A stretch of 64,000 nt of DNA, from positions 4,424 through 68,423 of IMG/VR virus record IMGVR_UViG_3300037400_002919. One strand, written 5' to 3'. The stretch comes from a virus (Duplodnaviria; Caudoviricetes). The translations under genes were made by a program, and so were the position numbers. The notes beneath the pieces were generated by a model, which ran no database searches, had not been told where the DNA came from, and saw only the letters and a list, made by a program, of their open reading frames with translations. Positions 1 through 8,780 of this stretch are shown here, piece after piece. The stretch's first letter is position 1, and each line of letters starts with the position of its first letter.

Positions 1-38
1 GACAATATGTGCATATTTTTTAAAAAAGGTGTGATTAA

Positions 39-1664
39 ATGGCGGTAAAGAAAGGTATATTTACCTCCTTAGTTGAAGCCGTTGAAAGTGCCACTTCCGT
101 AGAAAATATCAATTTAGGAAAAGAAGTAAATCAGCGAATTAAAGATTGCTCCAACTCATTAGCTTTGTTCGCTAAAACCTATTTCCCAGAGGTATTTACA
201 TCGGAATTTTGTGAATTTCACAATGAAATCATGAGTGCTTTGGAGGATATGATTCTTCGTAAACATAATAGAAAAAACTATTATGTAAGAGCAGCTCCAC
301 GAGGTCATGGGAAGTCTCAGGTAATATCGTTTTTAGCTCCATTATTCTGTATTTGCTATAAGCATAAGAAGAATATTTTGCTAGTTTCTGACACGTTAGA
401 CCAAGCGAAGTCCTTCATATCAGCTATCAAGATTGAGCTGGAAGAAAATGATGCTTTACGCAGGGATTTTGGTGATTTAGTCAGTGACGAAAAGTGGTCG
501 CAGGATAAAATTATTACCAAAAATCATGTACAACTATATGGCAGAGGTGCAGGACAGAAGTTGCGTGGTAACAAATATGGCTCTTATCGACCTGATTTAG
601 TCATTATTGACGATTTGGAAAACGATGAAGCCGTTGAGACTGCACAACAGAGAAATAAACTGTACAATTGGTTTATGAAAGCCTTGCTTCCAGTTGGTTC
701 TCCCAAGACGGACTATGTATTTATTGGGACAGTTCTTCATTACGAGAGCTTGTTGCAGAAATTGCTTTTTGACCCACAGAACGCCATGTGGAACAGAAAG
801 AAATATCAGGCTGTCGATAAGTTTTCCGATTCGCCTTTGTGGGACGATTGGGAAAGCATAATGACTGACGAGACTAATAACAATGCGGCAGAAGATGCTT
901 ACAAATTTTATCAGGAACATCGTGATGAAATGCTGTCTGGCATCAAGGTTCTTTGGGCAGACCAGAGTCCAGATTATTACTACGATATGATGGTTCTGAG
1001 ACTGCAAGATGATGCTTCTTTTAATTCAGAGTATCAGAATGAACCGATTGACCCTAATTCTGCCGAGTTTATGGAGGAATGGTTTGATTACTACTATGAC
1101 CTTCCAGAAATTGTCGAGGTCTACGGAGCTTGCGACCCAAGTTTGGGTAAGGCTAAGTCAGACAGGGCAGCTATAATTTGGGCTGGCAAAGATAGTAACG
1201 GCTTCTTGTATATCATGGACGTTATTATGGGAAGGTTTACTCCAGACCGTTTATGTGACCTGATTATCAATGGAGCTATGACTTATTCTGCAAAACTAGC
1301 CAGCGTAACCATCGAGACTGTTCAGTTTCAGGCTATGTTCAAGGATGAAGTAGCCAAAAGAGGTCTTAACGCTGGTATTCAGATTCCTATTGTTGAGTAT
1401 AACAGTAAGGTGGAAAAACAGCTTAGGCTTCGAGGACTTATTCCTAAGATTAAGAATAAGTACATCAAGTTCAAAAAAGACCAAGTTACTCTTTTGAATG
1501 AGTTTAGGCGTTTTCCGAAGGGTTCTGACGATGGCATGGATGCCGTAAATATGATTTGCGATACAGCTTTTCCTAGTAATGGAAACAGACTGGTGTTCGG
1601 CAAGCTAGAAAATCCTTCTAAGAGGATTAGAACGAATGCTTGGAATTGGGGGAGATTCAGATAG
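39..1664 (+). CDS. terL: Terminase large subunit
   Basis: Walker A APRGHGKS, Walker B LVIIDDLE, C-terminal RNase H-like nuclease (ACDPSLG ... DDGMDA); first gene of the head module. Confidence 0.93.
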   Translation: MAVKKGIFTSLVEAVESATSVENINLGKEVNQRIKDCSNSLALFAKTYFPEVFTSEFCEFHNEIMSALEDMILRKHNRKNYYVRAAPRGHGKSQVISFLAPLFCICYKHKKNILLVSDTLDQAKSFISAIKIELEENDALRRDFGDLVSDEKWSQDKIITKNHVQLYGRGAGQKLRGNKYGSYRPDLVIIDDLENDEAVETAQQRNKLYNWFMKALLPVGSPKTDYVFIGTVLHYESLLQKLLFDPQNAMWNRKKYQAVDKFSDSPLWDDWESIMTDETNNNAAEDAYKFYQEHRDEMLSGIKVLWADQSPDYYYDMMVLRLQDDASFNSEYQNEPIDPNSAEFMEEWFDYYYDLPEIVEVYGACDPSLGKAKSDRAAIIWAGKDSNGFLYIMDVIMGRFTPDRLCDLIINGAMTYSAKLASVTIETVQFQAMFKDEVAKRGLNAGIQIPIVEYNSKVEKQLRLRGLIPKIKNKYIKFKKDQVTLLNEFRRFPKGSDDGMDAVNMICDTAFPSNGNRLVFGKLENPSKRIRTNAWNWGRFR

Positions 1665-3010
1665 AGATAAGTATTTTTGGGAAAAGGTTAAACTTTTCAA
1701 TCCTTAATAAAGAGCCTATTCCTGTCAATGAGGACAGAAAGACTCATACGACTATTGTTACGCTACCCTCTTTCACTCCAAAAGATACGCTGATGAAGCC
1801 GAATGAGTTCACCTTACGCCATTTTGCGAGAAAGCCCATTCCCCACAGGGCGATAACCCTTATCAGAGACGGAGTTCTCTCTCTGAAATGGAAGGTTTCT
1901 AACATGAGAGCTGACGATAAAAAGTCTTATCGTTTGCAGAAAAGGGCAATAGAAAATATTATTCGCCACCCTAACGATAACGAAAGTTATACAAAATTCT
2001 GGGGAACTTTTATTGATGATGTGTTAATCGGTGACAATGGCTCTGCTGAAATTGTCTTTACTGGCAAGCATGACAAGCCTATTGATTTATACTCAGTAAA
2101 TGGATTTTCATTGGAATTTACTAAAGGATATTTAGCGAACTCTGATTTTCCTCGGTTTGTCCAGCAGGACGATTTTGGCAACAAGATTTTCTTAGAGGAT
2201 AAAGACATTCTTTACGTCCAGCATTGTGCTAGGAATGACAGTCCTTACGGATTGAGTCCCTTAGAAGCAGCGTTTAATGAGCTTGATGCCTTGACTCAGG
2301 TTCAGAGGTATTGTGCTACTCAGGCTAGTAACGCTATGCCTAAGAAAGCATTGAATCTGGGAGAAGGAGTCACGGAAAAAGACCAGAAAGCATTTAGGAA
2401 GTATTTCCAGAATGAGGTCTATGGTACTGGCGAGACAGCTATTTTTGGTGGCACTAAGGGTGCTTGTTCCATCGAGATTGGTGCTGATGGGGACGAAGAA
2501 ATGTTCTTGGAGTGGCAGAGCAAGTTAATTACGATTATAGCTTTGTCCTTTGGACTTGACCCTAAGAAGTTCGGGGAAGGCTCTAACACAGACCGCTCTA
2601 CCGTAGCAGAACAGAATGATGCGGTTTTACGAGAAGCCATTAAGCCTTATGCAAGACTTATTGAAGATGCTATTAATGAAAAAATTATTGGTCGATTAGG
2701 TTTATACGATGATTTGAGGTTTGAGTTTATCTTTGAAGATACTCTTGAACAGAAAACAGCCAAGCAAAAACTTATTACAGACCAGTGGAACAGTAATGGC
2801 ATGACTTTTTCCGAGTACAGAGAAGCTCTTGGCTTGCAGAAGATACAGAGTGAATTTAGCGATATGACACAGGCAGAAATGAAGTCTGCTTTGAACAAGA
2901 AGTATGCCATTCAGACAATGAGCGGCAACGCTGGCGGTTTTCACGGAGTCGGTATCAATCGCAAGGAGGATATGGAAAAGAAAAATGAACTTCAAACTAA
3001 GTACGAATAG
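1640..3010 (+). CDS. Portal protein
   Basis: 456 aa directly after TerL; portal-like motifs (PYGLSPLE, IIALSFGLDP, IKPYARLIEDAIN). Start codon uncertain. Confidence 0.88.
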   Translation: MELGEIQIEISIFGKRLNFSILNKEPIPVNEDRKTHTTIVTLPSFTPKDTLMKPNEFTLRHFARKPIPHRAITLIRDGVLSLKWKVSNMRADDKKSYRLQKRAIENIIRHPNDNESYTKFWGTFIDDVLIGDNGSAEIVFTGKHDKPIDLYSVNGFSLEFTKGYLANSDFPRFVQQDDFGNKIFLEDKDILYVQHCARNDSPYGLSPLEAAFNELDALTQVQRYCATQASNAMPKKALNLGEGVTEKDQKAFRKYFQNEVYGTGETAIFGGTKGACSIEIGADGDEEMFLEWQSKLITIIALSFGLDPKKFGEGSNTDRSTVAEQNDAVLREAIKPYARLIEDAINEKIIGRLGLYDDLRFEFIFEDTLEQKTAKQKLITDQWNSNGMTFSEYREALGLQKIQSEFSDMTQAEMKSALNKKYAIQTMSGNAGGFHGVGINRKEDMEKKNELQTKYE

Positions 3011-3989
3011 TTTTTCCGTTTCTGATAACGAAAAGACCATGAAATTTACTACTGTTGCTGGCTTTGTAGGCATCCCAACAGATAAAACTCCTTCCGTTGG
3101 CGGCAAATCTGGCTGGAAGTTTATGCTTTCAGAGGAAGGTGCTGCCGAAGCGGTTAAGGGTTTAGTCGGTATGGGTGTAAACTGTTGCTGGCATAGTAAT
3201 AGAGAATTTGCTAAGCATGATAAATCCTTTAAAATTGGTGTCATAGAGGAAGCGAAGTTGGAGGGAAACCAGATTTTATGTTCAGGTTACCTCTGGAAAT
3301 ACGATTTTCCTGATGTGTGTGATGCCATTAAAGAGGAAAAGGATTGCATGGGGGCTTCCGTGGAGCTGGCTGCTGGCTCTGTGGAGGACGATGAAGCAAA
3401 GAAAGTCCGAGTTGCAAAGGAAATTACCTTTACTGGTCTTTCCATTGTTTACAAAGATAAAGCAGCGTTCTACAATACAAAGTTTATGTGTTCCGTAAGG
3501 GAGGAAGAAGAATTGACAGAACAGGAAATCAAGGACGTACTCGCTAAGAATAGTGAGGAAATCGAGAAGAAGCTGAACGACAAGATTACTGAGCTTTCTG
3601 CTGGTATCGCTGATACTGTGGCAAAGGCTGTTGAGACTGCTGTTGCTGGCGTAAAGACCGAGCTGGCTGCAAAGGCAGAGGAAAAGAAGGACGAGCCAGA
3701 GAAGGATAAGCCAGAGAAGAAGGAAGAAGCAGACCTCTCCGCTCAGATTACCAAGGCTATTGCAGATGGTTTCGCTGCTTTAAAGACCGAGCTGGCAGCA
3801 AAGCCTGAGGAAAAGAAAGAGCCTGCTCGTAAGACCAAGGTAGATTTTTCTGCATTTGAGCGTTATGGCAAGGATAAGGGCGTGGCAGAGCTTTCCGCAG
3901 AGATTGACAAGGATAGTATGCTTACCGAGGAGCAGAAGTGGGCTACTAAGTTATCCCTTTGGCAGAAGTCTCAGCAGGTTAATGCCTGA
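2985..3989 (+). CDS. Prohead protease / scaffold fusion
   Basis: Lies between portal and capsid; protease-like N-terminal domain (GYLWKYDFP ... MGASVE ... FTGLSIV) and an E/K/A-rich helical C-terminus with repeated KTELAAK. Confidence 0.75.
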   Translation: MNFKLSTNSFSVSDNEKTMKFTTVAGFVGIPTDKTPSVGGKSGWKFMLSEEGAAEAVKGLVGMGVNCCWHSNREFAKHDKSFKIGVIEEAKLEGNQILCSGYLWKYDFPDVCDAIKEEKDCMGASVELAAGSVEDDEAKKVRVAKEITFTGLSIVYKDKAAFYNTKFMCSVREEEELTEQEIKDVLAKNSEEIEKKLNDKITELSAGIADTVAKAVETAVAGVKTELAAKAEEKKDEPEKDKPEKKEEADLSAQITKAIADGFAALKTELAAKPEEKKEPARKTKVDFSAFERYGKDKGVAELSAEIDKDSMLTEEQKWATKLSLWQKSQQVNA

Positions 3990-4008
3990 TAAATAGGAGG
4001 AATTATAA

Positions 4009-5043
4009 TTGAGTACAAGATTATTTGATGGCGAATCTCGCTTTATGTTAGCTGGTGAAGCGGCTGATTACATCGGTACTGGTGCTTTGTATGTGCCAGT
4101 TTTCGAGCAGCAGATTATGGACAAGACCAAGAAGCGTGGCACTTTGCTGCAACGTGTAAAGACCAAGAAGGCTACTGGACATCCAACTCGTTACTTCGAG
4201 AAGGTTGCTCACGATTCTAAGCATCAGTTCATTGACCCACGTAATATCGACCATGCTCTGAATACTGAAATCCAGCGTGTAGAGCGTTCTGCTTACATCA
4301 AGGCTATGGTTGACGGTATTACTTTCGGCAAGTTTGATTATGAGGTTACTCAGCAGCAGGGCTTGTTCGGTGATTTACAGGCTCAGGATTTATCCGAGGT
4401 TGTTACCGATATGCTCGATGCTCAGGACAGAAATGTATGGGAAGGTACTGCCACCAGCTTAATGGATAGCACCAATAAGGAGTATTGCTCTATTCTGACT
4501 CAGATTACCAAGACTGGTGTTATTGCTCGTGATGCTCGTTTAACCGCAGCTATTTCAGATGCCGTAGCAGTCCTGATGTACAACAAGCAGTACAAGGTAA
4601 CTCCTACCGCAATTTACATGAATCCACTCGACAAGGCTCGTCTGGATAATCAGGAGAAGGAAGCTACTGACAAGACTAAGTTCTACATCGTAGAAGTAAT
4701 TCCTGGCATTAAGATTGACGGTATTATGACTTCCGCTGGCATTCTGCCTATCATTACCGATATTTATTGTCCTGCTGGCAAGATTGCAATCGTTGACGAG
4801 ACTATGCTGGAACGTCAGTATATTACTTCTGCTACCCCTCGTTTGTATCAGTTGGGTACTGAGAAGGATTTAGCGACTCGTTTCATCGCTATTCTGTTCG
4901 ATACTTTTATCGTTCGTGGCGGTTCTTACGGTCATATGGTTCTCACCATTGATGGTGTAGATGCAAGCACCTCTTCATCTAAGGTTGTAACCGTGTCTGC
5001 AACTCCTGAGTCTCCTTCAACTTCTAACGCAGTAGCGGGATAA
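4009..5043 (+). CDS. Major capsid protein
   Basis: 344 aa after the scaffold; strong SD (AGGAGG), TTG start, highly biased codon use, followed by a terminator-like hairpin. Confidence 0.85.
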   Translation: MSTRLFDGESRFMLAGEAADYIGTGALYVPVFEQQIMDKTKKRGTLLQRVKTKKATGHPTRYFEKVAHDSKHQFIDPRNIDHALNTEIQRVERSAYIKAMVDGITFGKFDYEVTQQQGLFGDLQAQDLSEVVTDMLDAQDRNVWEGTATSLMDSTNKEYCSILTQITKTGVIARDARLTAAISDAVAVLMYNKQYKVTPTAIYMNPLDKARLDNQEKEATDKTKFYIVEVIPGIKIDGIMTSAGILPIITDIYCPAGKIAIVDETMLERQYITSATPRLYQLGTEKDLATRFIAILFDTFIVRGGSYGHMVLTIDGVDASTSSSKVVTVSATPESPSTSNAVAG

Positions 5044-5044
5044 C

Positions 5045-5077
5045 GGAAAGGGGGACAACCCCCTCTCCTTCTTTATT
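5045..5077 (+). terminator. Intrinsic terminator-like hairpin after capsid gene
   Basis: AGGGGG-acaa-CCCCCT stem followed by a T-rich run. Confidence 0.6.
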
Positions 5078-5089
5078 ATAGGAGGACAA

Positions 5090-5269
5090 ATGGCAAGAAA
5101 GAAAACTACAAATACTTCTGAAAATCAGGATTCTTTGTTTAGAGTAACTTCTCTCTCTCATGATGCGGTATTCCTTCCTCAGAAGATTATTGCTTTTGAT
5201 TCTAATCATCAGGCATTAGTCACAAAGAGCGAAATAGAGCTGCTGAAAAAGATGGGCGTGATTGTGTGA
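5090..5269 (+). CDS. Small virion-associated protein (59 aa, below ORF-track cutoff)
   Basis: SD AGGAGG, ATG at 5090, MARKKTTNTS...GVIV; TGA overlaps the GTG of the next gene. Confidence 0.7.
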   Translation: MARKKTTNTSENQDSLFRVTSLSHDAVFLPQKIIAFDSNHQALVTKSEIELLKKMGVIV

Positions 5270-5835
5270 GTTATTTAACCAATTCTGATATAGCTGCTCT
5301 CTGTGATGGCGTTATTGAGGGGGTAGAGCCTTCCGATGTGGCTATGGCTTCTGACTTAGTAGATGCTTACTTAGGACGAAGCTACCGCCCTTCCAAGAAG
5401 GTTGATAGGGTAAAATTGATTAGGGGAAAGGGAAAACTTTCTTATAGCCCTGTTATCTCCGTTGAATCGGTAAAGGGGATATTCAGAAACATTTTTGGAA
5501 CATCTGTAAGTGATTTGAAAATAGAAGATATTGACTTAGACCCTGAGAATGATGGTTATTTCACTTATATTGGTGATTATGGACTAAACGCCCTTGTTCT
5601 TGGTAATAAGCCTGTTATGCTTGAAATAGAGTATACCACTGGTTTTGCAGAATATCCTAGCCGACTAAAGACAGCCGTAGCGATGCTCGCTTGCAATATT
5701 CGTGAAGCTAAATCTTTTGCTGGTGCTAAACAAATGACTTCCTTGGATTTCCAAGTGTTAATGGCTGACGATAGTTTCTTCACTAGCGATATAAAAATGC
5801 TGCTGAAAGGACTGAGCCACGATGAGTATGTTTAA
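5266..5835 (+). CDS. Head-tail adaptor (connector)
   Basis: Position; adaptor-like motifs (ASDLVDAYLGR, IEYTTGF..YP..LK.AV). Confidence 0.7.
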   Translation: MSYLTNSDIAALCDGVIEGVEPSDVAMASDLVDAYLGRSYRPSKKVDRVKLIRGKGKLSYSPVISVESVKGIFRNIFGTSVSDLKIEDIDLDPENDGYFTYIGDYGLNALVLGNKPVMLEIEYTTGFAEYPSRLKTAVAMLACNIREAKSFAGAKQMTSLDFQVLMADDSFFTSDIKMLLKGLSHDEYV

Positions 5836-6394
5836 TCGTTTCAATAGATACCAGAAGCAGATTGTCTTAAAAGACGGTTCGATAGAGAAAGCGGTATTCA
5901 CTCGTGTTGGTCGCTCCAATTCTTCTAACTTCCGTACAAACTTTGTGTACACATTGTTGTTAAAGCTAGGAACAGCCGTGGGAAATGGCGACCTAGTTAG
6001 ATGTGAAATCTATGGCAAGAAAAGAACCTTTATAATTGTTTCGATTCGCTGTACCGATAGTTCTGTTCAGGCAACGGCTTATGAGTGTAATTGCAATATT
6101 GAGGTTTATCGCCTTGAAACAAAGTATGATGATTATGATAACGAAATTGGAAGTTCTGTTGAGTGTGTTTTGACTACGGAAGCCAATTATGTTACCGTAA
6201 ATTCTTCTATGAGAATGTTAGATGCTGGATTGCTTCCTTCCACTACAATGGAGTTTAGAACCCCTATTTGTGATATAAGGGAACTGGACAGAATTGTTTT
6301 AGAGGGGAAAAATTATTGCGTGGACGTTATAGATAAGACTAAATTCTACGGAATGCTGGCTGTTCAGGTTTCTTATGACGAGCGGTCTTTATGA
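5822..6394 (+). CDS. Head closure / neck protein
   Basis: Synteny; beta-rich 190 aa protein, coupled to its neighbours. Confidence 0.5.
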   Translation: MSMFNRFNRYQKQIVLKDGSIEKAVFTRVGRSNSSNFRTNFVYTLLLKLGTAVGNGDLVRCEIYGKKRTFIIVSIRCTDSSVQATAYECNCNIEVYRLETKYDDYDNEIGSSVECVLTTEANYVTVNSSMRMLDAGLLPSTTMEFRTPICDIRELDRIVLEGKNYCVDVIDKTKFYGMLAVQVSYDERSL

Positions 6395-6969
6395 TAGAGC
6401 GATACAAAAGAGTAGTAGAAAAATATCTCCGAGTTGCAATCGAACAAGTTAAGCAACAGTGGGGAGCGTACCCAGACTCTTATGGAAACGCCCAGATTGA
6501 TTTAATCGAAAAAAACAGTGCAATAGACATAGTTGCGTTTATTATTACTGCATTCGGTCAAAAAATGTGGCTTTTAGAGTATGGTAAAGGCGAGTTAATG
6601 GCATCTTCTTCTGAGAATCCGTTTCTTCAAGAGTACCTTTCTAGCGGATTGTACAATGATGCTCGTGAGAAAGCAAGTCGAAAAGTCTTAGGCAGACCGA
6701 AGGGGACTTATCTTGACCTTGACGGAAATTTGCATACTTCCAACGGTAGGTTTAAGGGTATTCCGTTACAAGAAATTGGTATTCAGAAGTTTATAGATAA
6801 TCAGATTGGATTGCCATTGAAGCCTAAGTACATTATTCGTAACATCCTATTTGGAGAAAATAACAACGGTCTTATTTCCGAAATGAAAGCGGAATTACAG
6901 CAAGTAACATCGGATATTATAACCGAAATTTTTTCTAAATTCCCCAAAAGGATAGTGATATTAGAATGA
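6391..6969 (+). CDS. Neck / tail-completion protein (HK97 gp10-like position)
   Basis: Synteny; LEYGKG motif similar to gp10-like EYGT. Confidence 0.5.
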   Translation: MIERYKRVVEKYLRVAIEQVKQQWGAYPDSYGNAQIDLIEKNSAIDIVAFIITAFGQKMWLLEYGKGELMASSSENPFLQEYLSSGLYNDAREKASRKVLGRPKGTYLDLDGNLHTSNGRFKGIPLQEIGIQKFIDNQIGLPLKPKYIIRNILFGENNNGLISEMKAELQQVTSDIITEIFSKFPKRIVILE

Positions 6970-7364
6970 TTGACGAAATGGAATTAGCCGATGAAATTTA
7001 TGCCAAACTTGTTAAAAACAGCGAGTTTCTTAGTTTAATCGGAAATCCAAAAACGGCAGCTGACAGAAATGCAAGGATAAGACGAGAAATCTGCCCTGTT
7101 GATTATGCGACTGTCGAAAACGTGAATTTTATCTGTATTTATCTCACCTCTGCTACTGAGACTGAAAATATCTGGGTGACTAGAGGATTTCTGAATGTAG
7201 ATTATTACACAAAAAATCGAGAAGATTGCAGGAAAATGAAGCGTATTGTGATGGATATTCTTAACGACATGGATATGCACTGTGTTTCCATGTATAACGA
7301 GGAATCCGACACAAAGGGTATATTTAAATATACTCAGAAATATAGACCTTTATTATGGTCTTAA
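6966..7364 (+). CDS. Tail terminator protein
   Basis: 132 aa immediately before the major tail protein. Confidence 0.55.
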   Translation: MIDEMELADEIYAKLVKNSEFLSLIGNPKTAADRNARIRREICPVDYATVENVNFICIYLTSATETENIWVTRGFLNVDYYTKNREDCRKMKRIVMDILNDMDMHCVSMYNEESDTKGIFKYTQKYRPLLWS

Positions 7365-7396
7365 TAAAAGTAAATATTTAAAAAGGAGACTAACGA

Positions 7397-8134
7397 ATGG
7401 ATAATTTAAAGCGTACTGAAAACTTTTTTGTTGAAGGTTCTGGCAAGGCTCATGTGCTGGGCGAGAACGGCAAGTATTCTCTGATTCATTTGCAGGATAT
7501 GTCCATCGAGCTTACTGCTAAGATGGAGGATATTTTTGGCGGTGAGGGCATTTTTGCTCTGTACAATTTCCCAACTGAGAAGGGCTGTAACGTCAAGTTT
7601 ACCAATGCGTCTATGTCTATGGAAGCTCTCTCTATCTCTCAGGGTATTGACATGGACAAAAAGGCTGTTGTTTTCAAGACTGAGACCCTCACTGTTGGCG
7701 ATGCTGGTGAGATTGTAATTTCCGAGACTTCTATTTTAGATGATTCTCTGCTGGTATTCAAGGATAATGCGACCGTTCCAGTTACTATGACTGGCGGTGC
7801 TATTACTGTTGATGCTGCTCTGGCTGGCAAGAAGGTAGAGGTATTCTATCGCTACGAAGTTACCGAGAATGCTATCGGTGCTTCTGTGCTGACTACTTCT
7901 GTGCCAGGATATGTGACTATTTATCATGAGTCCAAGCCTTTAAAGCAGAAGAATGGTCGTATCATTAAGATTCTGACTACCATCTACAAGGCTCGTTGCG
8001 ATGGCTCTTTAAAGCTCGACTTCAAGCACAAGAATGCTTTTGCTCCTGAATTATCTTTTTCCGCAGTTGACCCAGAGCGTGAGGACGGTAAGTTCGTTAC
8101 CGTTTCCGTTATGGATGTAACTGATAAGGCTTGA
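7397..8134 (+). CDS. Major tail tube protein
   Basis: 245 aa, strong SD, biased codon use, followed by a terminator, chaperone and tape measure. Confidence 0.75.
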   Translation: MDNLKRTENFFVEGSGKAHVLGENGKYSLIHLQDMSIELTAKMEDIFGGEGIFALYNFPTEKGCNVKFTNASMSMEALSISQGIDMDKKAVVFKTETLTVGDAGEIVISETSILDDSLLVFKDNATVPVTMTGGAITVDAALAGKKVEVFYRYEVTENAIGASVLTTSVPGYVTIYHESKPLKQKNGRIIKILTTIYKARCDGSLKLDFKHKNAFAPELSFSAVDPEREDGKFVTVSVMDVTDKA

Positions 8135-8143
8135 TTGGCTGCT

Positions 8144-8177
8144 AGGGGGTAGTATTCTTTACTGCCTCCTTTTTTTA
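8144..8177 (+). terminator. Intrinsic terminator
   Basis: 11-bp stem (8144-8154/8160-8170, with G.U pairs), TTCTT loop, then a T run. Confidence 0.75.
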
Positions 8178-8199
8178 TTTATCTGAAAGGAGAATTAGT

Positions 8200-8583
8200 T
8201 TGTTAGAGAACAACTTTATTAAGTGTAGGGACGGAGAAGAAAGAGAAATTTTCCCTGCTCTTATTAAGCACAAGAACCGTATTCGTCATTTTGCATTAAA
8301 GTTTAAAAGTGATATGGCGATTATGAATATCCTTGCACCTGACCTTAATTTTAAGGGAGAAAAAATGGAAGATGCCTTTCTCGATGAACCTTACAATGCT
8401 ATGATGGAAATTTTAGTGATGGCTTTTGGAGAAAAGTATACTAAGAAAGAAATCGAAAGTTTCGTAGATGTTGAAATGATACCTGAGATTTTAGACGTAT
8501 TTTTTGGTATATCAGGCTATAAAAAAAAATTGATGGAGAACCAGAAGAATCCGTTACTTGGAATGAGTTCTGTGCCAGCATAA
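8200..8583 (+). CDS. Tail assembly chaperone (gpG-like); -1 frameshift product extends to 8768
   Basis: Sits between tail tube and tape measure; TAT AAA AAA AAA TTG slippery run at 8518-8532; the -1 frame is open for 79 codons to TAA at 8766-8768. Confidence 0.8.
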   Translation: MLENNFIKCRDGEEREIFPALIKHKNRIRHFALKFKSDMAIMNILAPDLNFKGEKMEDAFLDEPYNAMMEILVMAFGEKYTKKEIESFVDVEMIPEILDVFFGISGYKKKLMENQKNPLLGMSSVPA

Positions 8584-8780
8584 TTGCGAATACTAGCCTA
8601 ACTCTCAATGACATAAAGGAAATGACTTATCCCGAATTGGAAGGGCTGATGGAAGGTATGGAAAAGAACAGTAAGAGAGAAAAAGAAGAACTTGAAAAAG
8701 GAACTGTTTCTCATGGTGATGCTAATGATTTCTTGGCTTTCATTGGTGCTAACGGAGGTAGTTTCTAACAGGAGGTACAC

